A stretch of 64,000 nt of DNA, taken from assembly GCA_026401035.1 (NCBI GenBank), contig JAPLNR010000068.1:17391-81390 (forward strand), given 5' to 3'. Positions 19,067 through 28,299 of the stretch are shown piece by piece. This stretch comes from Planctomycetia bacterium. GTDB taxonomy: Bacteria > Planctomycetota > Planctomycetia > Pirellulales > UBA1268. Within the stretch, counting starts at the first letter, position 1, and every line of letters begins with the position of its first letter. The position numbers were made by a program, and so were the translations under genes. The notes under the pieces were generated by a model. That model searched no databases. It worked only from the letters and a program-made list of their open reading frames with translations, and had not been told where the DNA came from.

Positions 19067-22000
19067 TCGCTTTTGCAATTCTGCGAGCGTGGCCAGGCCC
19101 TTGGCGAGCTTGGCCTCCAGTTCGGCCAGTTGCTCGCGCTCCTTCTGGACGACGGCCGGCGGGGCCTTCGCCGCGAACTTCTCGTCGGCCAGCTTTGCCT
19201 GCTTTGCCTTGATGAAGCCGGCTGTCTTCTCATTTTCCTTCGTCAGCCGCACGATCTCGGCCCCCACGTCGATCAGGTCGGCCAGGTCCACGAAGAGATC
19301 GCAGCCCAGGGCAGTGGCCGTCGCCGCACCGGCCGCACCGGCCGCGTCGGGCCCCGCCGCCGTGATCTCCGCCGCCGCCATCGCTTCGATCGAGGCCTGC
19401 ATCGGGGCCAAAAGGTCGACCGTGTCACGCGGGGCCTTGATCGCCACCTTCACGCGGGTCTTCGGCGGCACGTTCTGCCGGGCCCGGATTTCGCGGATCG
19501 CGCCGACCACGCCGAGGAAGGTGCCAAACTGCGTCTCCGTGCGGCCGTCGATCCAGGCGGCCGGCGGCGCGGGCCACTTCGCCACCATGATCGACTTCGC
19601 CAGGCCGTCCGTATCCCACGGCATCCGTCGGCTACCGGCCGCTTGGGCCAGATGCTGCCAGATCTCCTCCGTGACAAACGGCATGATCGGGTGCAGGAGC
19701 CGCAGGATCGTGTCGAGCCCCAGGAGCAGCATCGACTGCGCCTGCCTGCGGGTCGCCGGGTCAGCCAGCCGCGATTTGCAGAGTTCGAGATAGGCACTGC
19801 AGTACTCGTCCCAAGCGAAGGCATAGAGAATCCGCGCCGCCTCGGCGAAGCGGTATTCGTCGATCGCCTTCGTCGCATCGCGGGTGACGCTCGCGAGGCG
19901 GCTCAGGAGCCAGCGGTCCTCAAGTGCCGTGCTGCCGTCTACCGGCAGTCCCGAGGCAAGATCCTCGCCGGCAAAGTCCTCGAGGTTCATGAGGACAAAC
20001 CGCGTGGCGTTCCAGAGCTTGTTCGAGAAATTCCGGCCCGACTCGAACCGCTCCGAGAGCGCGGGCCCACGGGGCAGGGCGAGATCCTCCGGGCTCTGCG
20101 CCCACTGCGTGCGGAAGGCCTGCTTGCACTTCGGGCACTCGATCTTGGGCAGCATACGGTTCTGCACGGTCTGCTCGATCCGCGCCTCGCACTGCGGGCA
20201 CTGGAATTCGACCGGCATCCGCACGTCCTGCGTCTCGGTGGCCATGCTCACCATCCCAAACCGCAGGGCGTCGGCACCGAGGGCGTCGATCACGTCGAGC
20301 GGGTCGACGCCGTTGCCCTTGCTCTTGCTCATCGTCTCGCCGTAGCGGTCGAGGATCTTGGGATGGATGGCGACGTCGCGGAAGGGGATCTTTCCGGTGT
20401 CGAAGATGCCCATGATCACCATCCGCGCGACCCAGAGCGTGATGATGTCGCGGCTGGTGATGAGCGTGTTCGTGGGATAGAAGCAGGCGAGCTCCGGAGT
20501 CTCCACGGGCCAGCCGAGCGTGGAGTGCGGCCAGAGCGCCGAGGAAAACCAGGTATCGAGCGTGTCGGGATCGCGAACGAGCGGCTTTCCATCGACAGCG
20601 TCCACGCCGAGTGATTCGTCGGACGAGCAGACATGCCAGCCGCCGTGGCCGTCGGTCTTCCACGACACGGTCTTCCGGCCTGCGAACGCCCTGGCAAGAT
20701 CGACCTCCGCCACACCCTCCACGTGCCAGATCGGAATCCGGTGGCCCCACCAGAGTTGCCGGCTCACCGGCCAGTCGCGTTTCTCGCCCAGCCAGTCGAG
20801 ATAGCTCTTGGAGTATCGCTCCGGCACGATCCGCACGTCGCCCTGCGCGACGGCGTCGAGCGCAGGCTGGGCGATCTCGCTCATGCGGATGAACCACTGG
20901 TCGGCGAGAAACGGCTCGATCGGCGTCTTCGACCGGTCGGAATGTGCCAGCTCGATGATGCGATTTTCCACCTGTACGAGCTGGCCTGCCGCATCCAGAT
21001 CGGCGACCACCTTCGTGCGGGCCTTCTGGATCGTGAGGCCGGCGTAGGGGCCCGCCTCGGCGTTGAGACTGCCGTCGGGATTGAGGATGTTGATCATCGG
21101 CAGGCCTTGCCGCAGGCCGACGTCGTAGTCGTTGGGATCGTGGGCCGGCGTGATCTTCACGCAGCCGGAGCCCATCTCGGGCTTCGCCCACTCGTCGGCC
21201 ATGAGCGGAATCGCCCGGCCCAGCAGCGGGAGCCGCACTTTTCGGCCACTCTTCGCCATCGCCGCGAGCGCCTCGAGCACCGGCAGCAGCTCGCGGCGGC
21301 GGGTCTCGAGTTCGTCGATCGCCCGGTCGATGTCGGCATGCTCCTTGGATGCTGCGGTGGCCCGCTTTTCCCGGAGCGCTTTCTCCGCCTCTTCAAGTGC
21401 CGCTGCCGGCGTCGGATGCACCGCCACGGCCGTGTCTCCCAGCAGCGTCTCGGGCCGCGTCGTGGCCACCGTCACGCTCGTCGGCTCGCCCGGCTGCGGA
21501 TCGATGACGTCGTAGCGGATGTGCCAGAAGTGGCCCTTCACCGTTTCGTGAAACACCTCGTCGTCGCTGACGGCGGTCTGCAGGAACGTGTCCCAGTTGA
21601 CGAGCCGCTTGCCGCGCCGGACGAGGCCCTTCTCGAAGAGCCGGAAGAATGCCTCGCGGACGGCGGCGGCACATTGGTCGTCGAGCGTAAACCGCACCCG
21701 ATCCCAGTCGCAGCTCGCCCCCAGGTCGCGGAGCTGCCCGAGGATTCGCTTTTCATACTGCTCCTTCCAGGCCCAGATCCGCGCGACGAGTTTTTCACGG
21801 CCCAGATCGTGGCGGGAGAGTTTTTCCTCCTCGAGCAGGCGGCGTTCGACGACGGCCTGCGTGGCGATGCCGGCATGGTCGGTGCCAGGCATCCAGAGCG
21901 TGAGGTACCCCTGCATCCGCCGCGTGCGGACGAGCATGTCCTGCAGGCTGTTGTTGAGGGCGTGGCCGAGGTGCAGCGCGCCGGTGACGTTGGGCGGCGG

Positions 22001-22144
22001 TATGACGATCGAGAAGACCGGTTTGCCGTCCGGCGAACCGGCACCGGCCTCGGGTTCGGCGTGCCAGTAGCGGCCGGCATCCCAGAGGGCGCGGCAGCGG
22101 GCCTGGGCCGCCTTGTGGTCGTATTGCTTCGGCAGTTCGTGCAT
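19061..22144 (-). CDS. valS: valine--tRNA ligase
   Basis: 1027 aa. Class I signatures PPPNVTGALHLGH (HIGH) and KMSKSKGN (KMSKS) are present, and the C-terminus is a coiled coil. Confidence 0.97.
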   Translation of the reverse strand: MHELPKQYDHKAAQARCRALWDAGRYWHAEPEAGAGSPDGKPVFSIVIPPPNVTGALHLGHALNNSLQDMLVRTRRMQGYLTLWMPGTDHAGIATQAVVERRLLEEEKLSRHDLGREKLVARIWAWKEQYEKRILGQLRDLGASCDWDRVRFTLDDQCAAAVREAFFRLFEKGLVRRGKRLVNWDTFLQTAVSDDEVFHETVKGHFWHIRYDVIDPQPGEPTSVTVATTRPETLLGDTAVAVHPTPAAALEEAEKALREKRATAASKEHADIDRAIDELETRRRELLPVLEALAAMAKSGRKVRLPLLGRAIPLMADEWAKPEMGSGCVKITPAHDPNDYDVGLRQGLPMINILNPDGSLNAEAGPYAGLTIQKARTKVVADLDAAGQLVQVENRIIELAHSDRSKTPIEPFLADQWFIRMSEIAQPALDAVAQGDVRIVPERYSKSYLDWLGEKRDWPVSRQLWWGHRIPIWHVEGVAEVDLARAFAGRKTVSWKTDGHGGWHVCSSDESLGVDAVDGKPLVRDPDTLDTWFSSALWPHSTLGWPVETPELACFYPTNTLITSRDIITLWVARMVIMGIFDTGKIPFRDVAIHPKILDRYGETMSKSKGNGVDPLDVIDALGADALRFGMVSMATETQDVRMPVEFQCPQCEARIEQTVQNRMLPKIECPKCKQAFRTQWAQSPEDLALPRGPALSERFESGRNFSNKLWNATRFVLMNLEDFAGEDLASGLPVDGSTALEDRWLLSRLASVTRDATKAIDEYRFAEAARILYAFAWDEYCSAYLELCKSRLADPATRRQAQSMLLLGLDTILRLLHPIMPFVTEEIWQHLAQAAGSRRMPWDTDGLAKSIMVAKWPAPPAAWIDGRTETQFGTFLGVVGAIREIRARQNVPPKTRVKVAIKAPRDTVDLLAPMQASIEAMAAAEITAAGPDAAGAAGAATATALGCDLFVDLADLIDVGAEIVRLTKENEKTAGFIKAKQAKLADEKFAAKAPPAVVQKEREQLAELEAKLAKGLATLAELQKRK

Positions 22145-22212
22145 GGAAATCCTCGGTGAGCGGCAAATATTGCCAGAAGCGGTGGGTTTTCGCCACGCCG
22201 CACTGTCGGAAA

Positions 22213-22236
22213 GGCAGCCTGAAGACCACCCTACTT
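22213..22236 (-). repeat. decayed REP-like copy overlapping the cimA stop
   Basis: The minus strand reads AAGTAGGGTGGTCTTCAGGCTGCC, against the consensus AAGTAGGACAGGCTTCAGCCTGTC. AAG TAG are the last codon and the stop codon of the gene. Confidence 0.45.
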
Positions 22237-23799
22237 GGAAAGGAAGTAGTGAAATGAGTCGGCGAGCGCGAGCCAGCTGGCCTCAATCACGTTTTCGCTC
22301 ACGCCCACCGTGCCCCAGACGGTCTCGCCGTCGGTGCTTTCGATAGACACGCGAACCTTCGCCGCCGTGCCTTCCTGGGCGTTGATCACCCGCACCTTGT
22401 AGTCGAGGAGGTGCATCCGCGCGAGGGCGGGGTAGACCGTTTCGAGGGCCTTGCGGAGCGCCGCGTCGAGCGCGTTCACCGGGCCGTCCCCCTCGGCAAC
22501 CTCGTGCCGCTGGCCACCCTCCACCAGCAACTTTACCATCGCCTCGGTCCGCACGTCCTGTCCGTCGCGGCTTTCGACCACCACGTTGTAGCTCTGCTTC
22601 TCGAAGCGGGGCGTGAATGTGCCGGCGCAGCGGTCGACGAGCAGGTCGAACGACGCTCCCGCGGCCTCGAACTGCCAACCCTCGTTTTCCAGCCGGCAGA
22701 CCTCGGCCAGCACCTTGTCGAGCAGCGTGCGGTCATTTTTCACGTCGGGCCGTGTGACCAGTGCCGCGATGTTCGATCGGCCCGAGAGTTCGCTGACGAG
22801 GATTCGCCGCGAATTGCCCACCGCCTCCGGCGCAATGTGCTCGTACGATTCGGCCGCCTTGCTGACGGCGTGGACGTGCATGCCGCCCTTGTGGGCAAAG
22901 GCGCTCGAGCCGACGAACGGCTGGCCCGGCCGGTACGACATGTTGGCCGTCTCGTAGACGAACCGCGAGAGTTCGGTGAGGTGGGCCATGCCGGTGCCGC
23001 CCAGCACCGTGTAGCCGGAAAGCTTGAGCGCCAGGTTGGCGACGACCGAGATCAGGTCGGCATTGCCGCACCGCTCGCCGATACCGTTGATCGTGCCCTG
23101 AACCTGGGCCGCCCCGCCGGCGACGCCGGCCAACGAATTTGCGACTGCCAGATCGCAGTCATTGTGGCAGTGGATACCGATGGCCACCGGGCAGCCGGAC
23201 TGTTCGATTGCCACGCGGGCGGCGGCGGTCAGCGCCGCGATCTCATCGGGGAGCGTGCCGCCGTTGGTGTCGCAGAGCACGATCCGCGTGGCCCCGGCCT
23301 GGGCCGCCGCGAGGATCGTCTGCCGCGCATAGTCGGCATCGAGCTTCCAGCCGTCGAAGAAGTGCTCGGCATCGTAGAACACTTCGCGGCCTACCGTGGT
23401 GAGGTAGGCGACCGTATCGGCGATCATCGCGAGGTTTTCCTCGCGGGAGACGCCGAGCACCTCGGCCACGTGAAAGGCCGAGGTCTTACCGACGATCGTG
23501 ATCACGCTGGTGCCGGCATCGAGCAGGGCCTTCATGCCGGGATCCTCGGCGGCCGTCATTCCGCGGCGGCGGGTCATGCCGAATGCGGCCACCCTCGAAT
23601 GGGAAAGATTCAGATCCTTGACGCGGGCGAAATACTGGGCGTCCTTGGGATTGGAGAGCGGGTAGCCGCCCTCGACGAAATCGACACCGGCCTCGTCGAG
23701 CCGCCGCGTGATCGCCAACTTGTCCTCGAGGGAAAAATTGACGCCTTCGCCCTGCGAGCCGTCACGGAGCGTGGTGTCGTAGATTTCGATCGTGCGCAC
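22231..23799 (-). CDS. cimA: citramalate synthase / LeuA-family (CimA-type, 522 aa)
   Basis: MRTIEIYDTTLRDGSQGEGVNFSLEDKLAI... is followed by an HMGL-like TIM barrel (HCHND) and a LeuA allosteric C-terminal domain. Length and N-terminus fit the citramalate-synthase subgroup. Confidence 0.7.
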   Translation of the reverse strand: MRTIEIYDTTLRDGSQGEGVNFSLEDKLAITRRLDEAGVDFVEGGYPLSNPKDAQYFARVKDLNLSHSRVAAFGMTRRRGMTAAEDPGMKALLDAGTSVITIVGKTSAFHVAEVLGVSREENLAMIADTVAYLTTVGREVFYDAEHFFDGWKLDADYARQTILAAAQAGATRIVLCDTNGGTLPDEIAALTAAARVAIEQSGCPVAIGIHCHNDCDLAVANSLAGVAGGAAQVQGTINGIGERCGNADLISVVANLALKLSGYTVLGGTGMAHLTELSRFVYETANMSYRPGQPFVGSSAFAHKGGMHVHAVSKAAESYEHIAPEAVGNSRRILVSELSGRSNIAALVTRPDVKNDRTLLDKVLAEVCRLENEGWQFEAAGASFDLLVDRCAGTFTPRFEKQSYNVVVESRDGQDVRTEAMVKLLVEGGQRHEVAEGDGPVNALDAALRKALETVYPALARMHLLDYKVRVINAQEGTAAKVRVSIESTDGETVWGTVGVSENVIEASWLALADSFHYFLSK

Positions 23800-23811
23800 A
23801 GGCCGGGCCTT

Positions 23812-26559
23812 TTAGGCGTCCTCGTCCGCATCGTCCGCATCGTCTTCGGCGTCGAGGTCGGAGGATTCGTCGGATTCGTCTTCCCAATCCTCCTCCACGT
23901 CATCCTCGCCTTCAAGTTCCTCGTCGATTTCCTCGTCATCCTCGTCATCCTGATCGACATCGCGGTCAACGGGGGCCGTGGCGACGGTGGCGTGCGGCTG
24001 GATCTTGAGTTTGCGCGGGGCCGGATCAGCCGGCAGCGGCGTCGTGCCATTGCGTTCGGCCCACTGCTCCAAGGTCAGGAGCACCTCGCGGGCCTGGGAA
24101 CCGGCATACTGGCCGACGATGCCATCCTCGGCCATGAAGTCGATGAGCCGGGCGCCGCGGCCGTAGCCCACGCCCAAGGCCCGCTGGAGCAGCGACACGC
24201 TGCCGCGGCCCTCGCGGATCACCACTTCGACGGCAGCCTCGTACATCTCGTCGCGATCCTTGCCGGACGAGCCCTTCGGGGCATCGCCCGACGGGGCCGG
24301 CTGCAGGTTCACGAGTTCCGCGGCGTATTGCGGCTCCTCGGTGCCAACTGCGGCCATCACGCGGCCGATCTCCTCATCGCTGACATACGTGCCCTGTCCG
24401 CGGAGGATCTGGCTCGTGCCGGGTGACAGGAACAGCATGTCGCCGTTACCCAGCAGCCGGTCGGCACCGCACTCGTCGAGCACCACGCGGCTATCGGTGC
24501 GGCTGGCCACCTGGAAGGCGATTCGCGCCGGCAAGTTGCTCTTGATGAGCCCCGTAATCACGTCGACGGTCGGCTTCTGTGTGGCGAGAATCAGGTGGAT
24601 GCCCACCGCCCGGCTCTTCTGGGCCAGACGGATGATGTGCTGCTCGATCTCCTTGCCGGCCGTCATCATCATGTCGGCGATCTCGTCGGCGATCATCACG
24701 ATGAAGGGCATCGTCGTCGGGATTGCGGCGGCTTCCTCTTCACCGGCCGGATTGATCCGCTTGATGAGCTCCTCGCGGCCGAGCTGGTTGTATTGCGAGA
24801 GATGCCGCACGCCGACCTTGGCCAGCAGCGTGTAGCGTTCCTCCATCTTTTCAACGGCCCAGGCGAGGATCGCCTCGGCCTTCTTCATGTCGGTGACGAC
24901 CGGGTGCATGAGGTGGGGCAGCGCCTTGTAGGGCGTGAGCTCCACCATCTTGGGGTCGATCATCAGCATGCGGACCTCGTCGGGACGCCTTGTCATCAGC
25001 ATCGAGACGATGATCGAATTCAAGCAGACCGACTTGCCGGTGCCCGTACGGCCGGCGATCAGAAGATGCGGCAGGCTCGCCATGTCGACCACCATCGGGT
25101 TGCCGGCGACGTCCTTGCCGAGGAAGATCGGGATCTTCATCGTGCGGCTCTTGGCCTGCGTCTCCTCGATCACCTCGCGGAGGCGGACCATCTGGCGGTC
25201 GGTATTTGGCACCTCGACCCCCACGGAGTTCTTGCCAGGGATCGGCGCCACGATCCGCACGCTCGGCACGCGGAGGGCGATGGCGAGGTCGTCGGCGAGG
25301 TTTGCGATCTTGGCCAGGCGGAGACCGGCCTCGAGTTCGATCTCGTATTGCGAGATGACCGGGCCGGTTTCGATCTCGACCACGCGGACCTTGAAGCCGA
25401 AGTCGGCGAACGTCTTCTCGAGCACGCGGGCCCGTTCGCGGACCTCCTGCTCCTGGGCGTCGAGCTGCAATTGCTCGGCTGGCAGCAGCAGTTCGAGCGA
25501 TGGCAGTTCGTAGTCGGCCGCCGGATCGGGGGCCATCTGCAGGACTTCGGGCTTGCGGCGGCGGTTGACGAGCGATCTGACCGGCACCGCCGGACGAACC
25601 TCCTCGACAACCTCGGAGTCTTCGCTCGCCTCGGAGGCGTCATCGGTATCCTCGGCGGCCTCGTCGGCGGCCTCGAACTCGTCGGCCTCGATCGTCGGCT
25701 TCTCGCGACGCCGCACGCGGACCGCGGGCTCGATACCGTCGTCTCCAGCAGTGCCGTCGGGAGCGGCTTCTTCACCGAGTCGCGAGGCCAGCCGCGACCG
25801 CAAGCCAGGGAAACCAGCCAGCGGATCGGCGACCTGCATGTCGGTGTCGGCACCCGCGGAAGCCGACCGCGTGGCCAGCCGCCGACCGAGAGCACTGCCC
25901 GCCCCGCCAACGATCGCCAGGAGGCTCCTGGCCCCTGCGGCTGCCCGCAGCAGGACGGCATCGCAGGCGAGAAAGAGGCCGGCGCCGGTGATCGCGGTCA
26001 CGATGATGGTGGCGCCGGCAGTGGCAAAATAGGCTTCGGCGAAGAGCCGACCCGTGGCGCCGGTGGAGCCGCCGGGGCCCCAGAGCGGCCGGGAGATCCA
26101 GGCTGGCGAAAACATTGCCAGCAGCGTGCAGACGCCCACCGTGGCGAGCACGGCACCGATGGCCCGCAGCGGGAGATCGGGAAGCGAGCAGCGCTTCAGC
26201 AGCATGACATCGAGACCGGCGAGAAGCCCGACCACGAACCACGCGCCGAGCCCGAAGCTCTCGAAGAGCCCCGTCGCCACCGTCGAACCGAGCAGACCGC
26301 AGGCATTCGTCGCCCGGGCATGCGGTGGAAACTCCCGCGCGGCTGGCGGATCGGCTGGATCGAACGTTGCCAGTGCCGCGATCAGAAACGCGCAGACGGC
26401 GAGCAGCCCAAGCGCCGTCAGATCGCGAACGCGATCCCGCGGGGCGGCTTCGGGAGCCGGAGCGGCTGGAGCAGCGGCTTCCTTGGCGGCGCCGAAGCGG
26501 CCTCCAAAAGGTGCGCGCGGAGAGAGCGACGAGGGCAGAGGGCGATCGACGGTTGCCAT
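23812..26559 (-). CDS. ftsK: DNA translocase FtsK/SpoIIIE with acidic C-terminal tail
   Basis: N-terminal TM helices and a linker precede the motor with Walker A (GRTGTGKSV). A gamma-like winged helix (SVSLLQRALGVGYGRGARLID) follows. After that comes roughly 70 aa of D/E-rich tail. The start is set to MATVDRP (26559, with AAGGA upstream). Confidence 0.9.
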   Translation of the reverse strand: MATVDRPLPSSLSPRAPFGGRFGAAKEAAAPAAPAPEAAPRDRVRDLTALGLLAVCAFLIAALATFDPADPPAAREFPPHARATNACGLLGSTVATGLFESFGLGAWFVVGLLAGLDVMLLKRCSLPDLPLRAIGAVLATVGVCTLLAMFSPAWISRPLWGPGGSTGATGRLFAEAYFATAGATIIVTAITGAGLFLACDAVLLRAAAGARSLLAIVGGAGSALGRRLATRSASAGADTDMQVADPLAGFPGLRSRLASRLGEEAAPDGTAGDDGIEPAVRVRRREKPTIEADEFEAADEAAEDTDDASEASEDSEVVEEVRPAVPVRSLVNRRRKPEVLQMAPDPAADYELPSLELLLPAEQLQLDAQEQEVRERARVLEKTFADFGFKVRVVEIETGPVISQYEIELEAGLRLAKIANLADDLAIALRVPSVRIVAPIPGKNSVGVEVPNTDRQMVRLREVIEETQAKSRTMKIPIFLGKDVAGNPMVVDMASLPHLLIAGRTGTGKSVCLNSIIVSMLMTRRPDEVRMLMIDPKMVELTPYKALPHLMHPVVTDMKKAEAILAWAVEKMEERYTLLAKVGVRHLSQYNQLGREELIKRINPAGEEEAAAIPTTMPFIVMIADEIADMMMTAGKEIEQHIIRLAQKSRAVGIHLILATQKPTVDVITGLIKSNLPARIAFQVASRTDSRVVLDECGADRLLGNGDMLFLSPGTSQILRGQGTYVSDEEIGRVMAAVGTEEPQYAAELVNLQPAPSGDAPKGSSGKDRDEMYEAAVEVVIREGRGSVSLLQRALGVGYGRGARLIDFMAEDGIVGQYAGSQAREVLLTLEQWAERNGTTPLPADPAPRKLKIQPHATVATAPVDRDVDQDDEDDEEIDEELEGEDDVEEDWEDESDESSDLDAEDDADDADEDA

Positions 26560-26722
26560 ATGGGGAGTCCTTTCCATCCAAACTCTACAGGGCAGTTCCT
26601 GCCGCGGCGGCCGCCCGGCGGCCAGCCAGCCCGTCGATCCATTCCGGTTGTGTCGAATACTCCGGCCGTGCCGCTTGTAGACCGCTTGGGGACGAAGCGG
26701 ACGACAAACTACACTCTGCCGC

Positions 26723-27268
26723 ATGCCCACCCGCCCACAACCCAGCCAACTCACCCGTCAGGCGACTGAGACCTTCGTCATCCTGGCCGCGGCGGGAATC
26801 GTGCACGAACTCTGGCGGGCAGAGCTGATTTCACCGCCGGCTATCTGCTGGCTCGTGACGGTCATCGCCCTTGTGAAAACAGCCTACTTCTTCGTCGAAA
26901 ACCTGCAGCACATTCTGCTCGCGACCTCCCACGAGATTCCCTATCACAAGTTTCTCGCCCTCATGGGCGTGAACATGACGCAGATCACGGCCTCGTTTGC
27001 GCTCGATTTTTTTCTGCTCGAGGCCGTCGCAACGGAAAGCTTCAGCGGGTTTGCGGCGGGGCTCGCCGAGCCAAGAATCCTCTTCGACTGCTTCTTCTAC
27101 AGTCTCTTGAACTTCACGTTCTTCGGCTTCGGCGACATCACGCCGCAGTCGATCCCCGCCAAGCTCGTCACGCTGATGGAGGTGACGCTCGCCTTCTTCA
27201 CGGTCATCTTCCTGCTCTCCGACTTCATCAGCCTGAAGGACTCCCTCCGCGGAAAGGATCGCAGCTGA
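26723..27268 (+). CDS. small potassium-channel family protein (2-TM pore type)
   Basis: The selectivity-filter-like sequence TFFGFGDITP lies between hydrophobic helices. The gene is visibly lower in GC (about 50-55%) than its neighbours. Confidence 0.7.
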   Translation: MPTRPQPSQLTRQATETFVILAAAGIVHELWRAELISPPAICWLVTVIALVKTAYFFVENLQHILLATSHEIPYHKFLALMGVNMTQITASFALDFFLLEAVATESFSGFAAGLAEPRILFDCFFYSLLNFTFFGFGDITPQSIPAKLVTLMEVTLAFFTVIFLLSDFISLKDSLRGKDRS

Positions 27269-27302
27269 AGGCCGCCCCGGGGGCTTCACCTTTCGCACGT
27301 CC

Positions 27303-28256
27303 ATGCAATCACCGACCCTCGGCATCGCCTCCGGACTCGCCGCGGCGGCGTTCATGTCGCTCTCCTACCTCCTCTCTCGACAGCATGGGCTCGCGCAGCC
27401 CGCGGGCCGCAGGGAGTCGGCCGCGGAGCGGCTGCTCGTGCAATCGCATCTACTGATGGGGATCGTCTGCGTGCCGGCGCTGGTTGCCGTCTGGCCCGGC
27501 CGGATGCCGCCCGTTCGCGATCTCGTGCCGGCGCTTCTGGCGGCGGCGGGCTTTTATCTCGTTGGACAGATGATCATGTTTCACCTGCTTCGGCGGCTCG
27601 AGGCCTCGCGACTGACCCCGTTTCTCGGCCTCAAGATCTTCATCCTGGCCGCCATCGTGGCCGCGGTGCTCGGACAATCACTGACCGGCCGGCAATGGCT
27701 CGCCGTGGCGCTGAGCGTGTCGGCCACGGCGCTCCTGCAGAAGACCAGCGGCAGTTTGCCGGCGCGGGCGTTTGGTCTGATGCTTGCCGCCTGCCTCTGC
27801 TTCGCCCTCGCCGATCTCTGTATCGTGCGGCTGATCGATCTGCTCTCGACGGGCTGCGGGCTCGACCGTCTACGGGCCGGCGGGCTGGCAATGCTGTTGA
27901 ACTACGCCGTCTGCGGCGGCATCTGTGGATTCGTGATTCTCGTCGCCCCTTTCTCGCCACTCAAGTCGCTACGGGCAACCGATCCGATCGCCGCCGACTG
28001 GAGTGCGGCGGGCCGGTACGCCGTCACCTGGCTCGTGTCGATGGCGCTGCTTTACACCTGCTTCGCGATCACCGGCGCCGTCTTCGGCAACGTGATCCAG
28101 TCGACCCGCGGGATGATGTCGATCATCATCGGTGCAGCGCTCGCGCACCTGGGTTGGCACGAACTCGAGCAACGGGTCGATCGCGAGGCACTCCTGCGCC
28201 GCCTGGGAGCGGCCGTGCTGATGACAGTCGCGATCGCGGTCTATGCGCTGAAATAG
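27303..28256 (+). CDS. polytopic membrane protein, DMT/EamA-like (putative transporter)
   Basis: 317 aa with about 10 predicted hydrophobic helices in two similar halves. No catalytic motif was recognised. Confidence 0.45.
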   Translation: MQSPTLGIASGLAAAAFMSLSYLLSRQHGLAQPAGRRESAAERLLVQSHLLMGIVCVPALVAVWPGRMPPVRDLVPALLAAAGFYLVGQMIMFHLLRRLEASRLTPFLGLKIFILAAIVAAVLGQSLTGRQWLAVALSVSATALLQKTSGSLPARAFGLMLAACLCFALADLCIVRLIDLLSTGCGLDRLRAGGLAMLLNYAVCGGICGFVILVAPFSPLKSLRATDPIAADWSAAGRYAVTWLVSMALLYTCFAITGAVFGNVIQSTRGMMSIIIGAALAHLGWHELEQRVDREALLRRLGAAVLMTVAIAVYALK

Positions 28257-28299
28257 ACCGTTTGATCCATCGGGGGCCGACGCGGGCCACAGCGACGGT

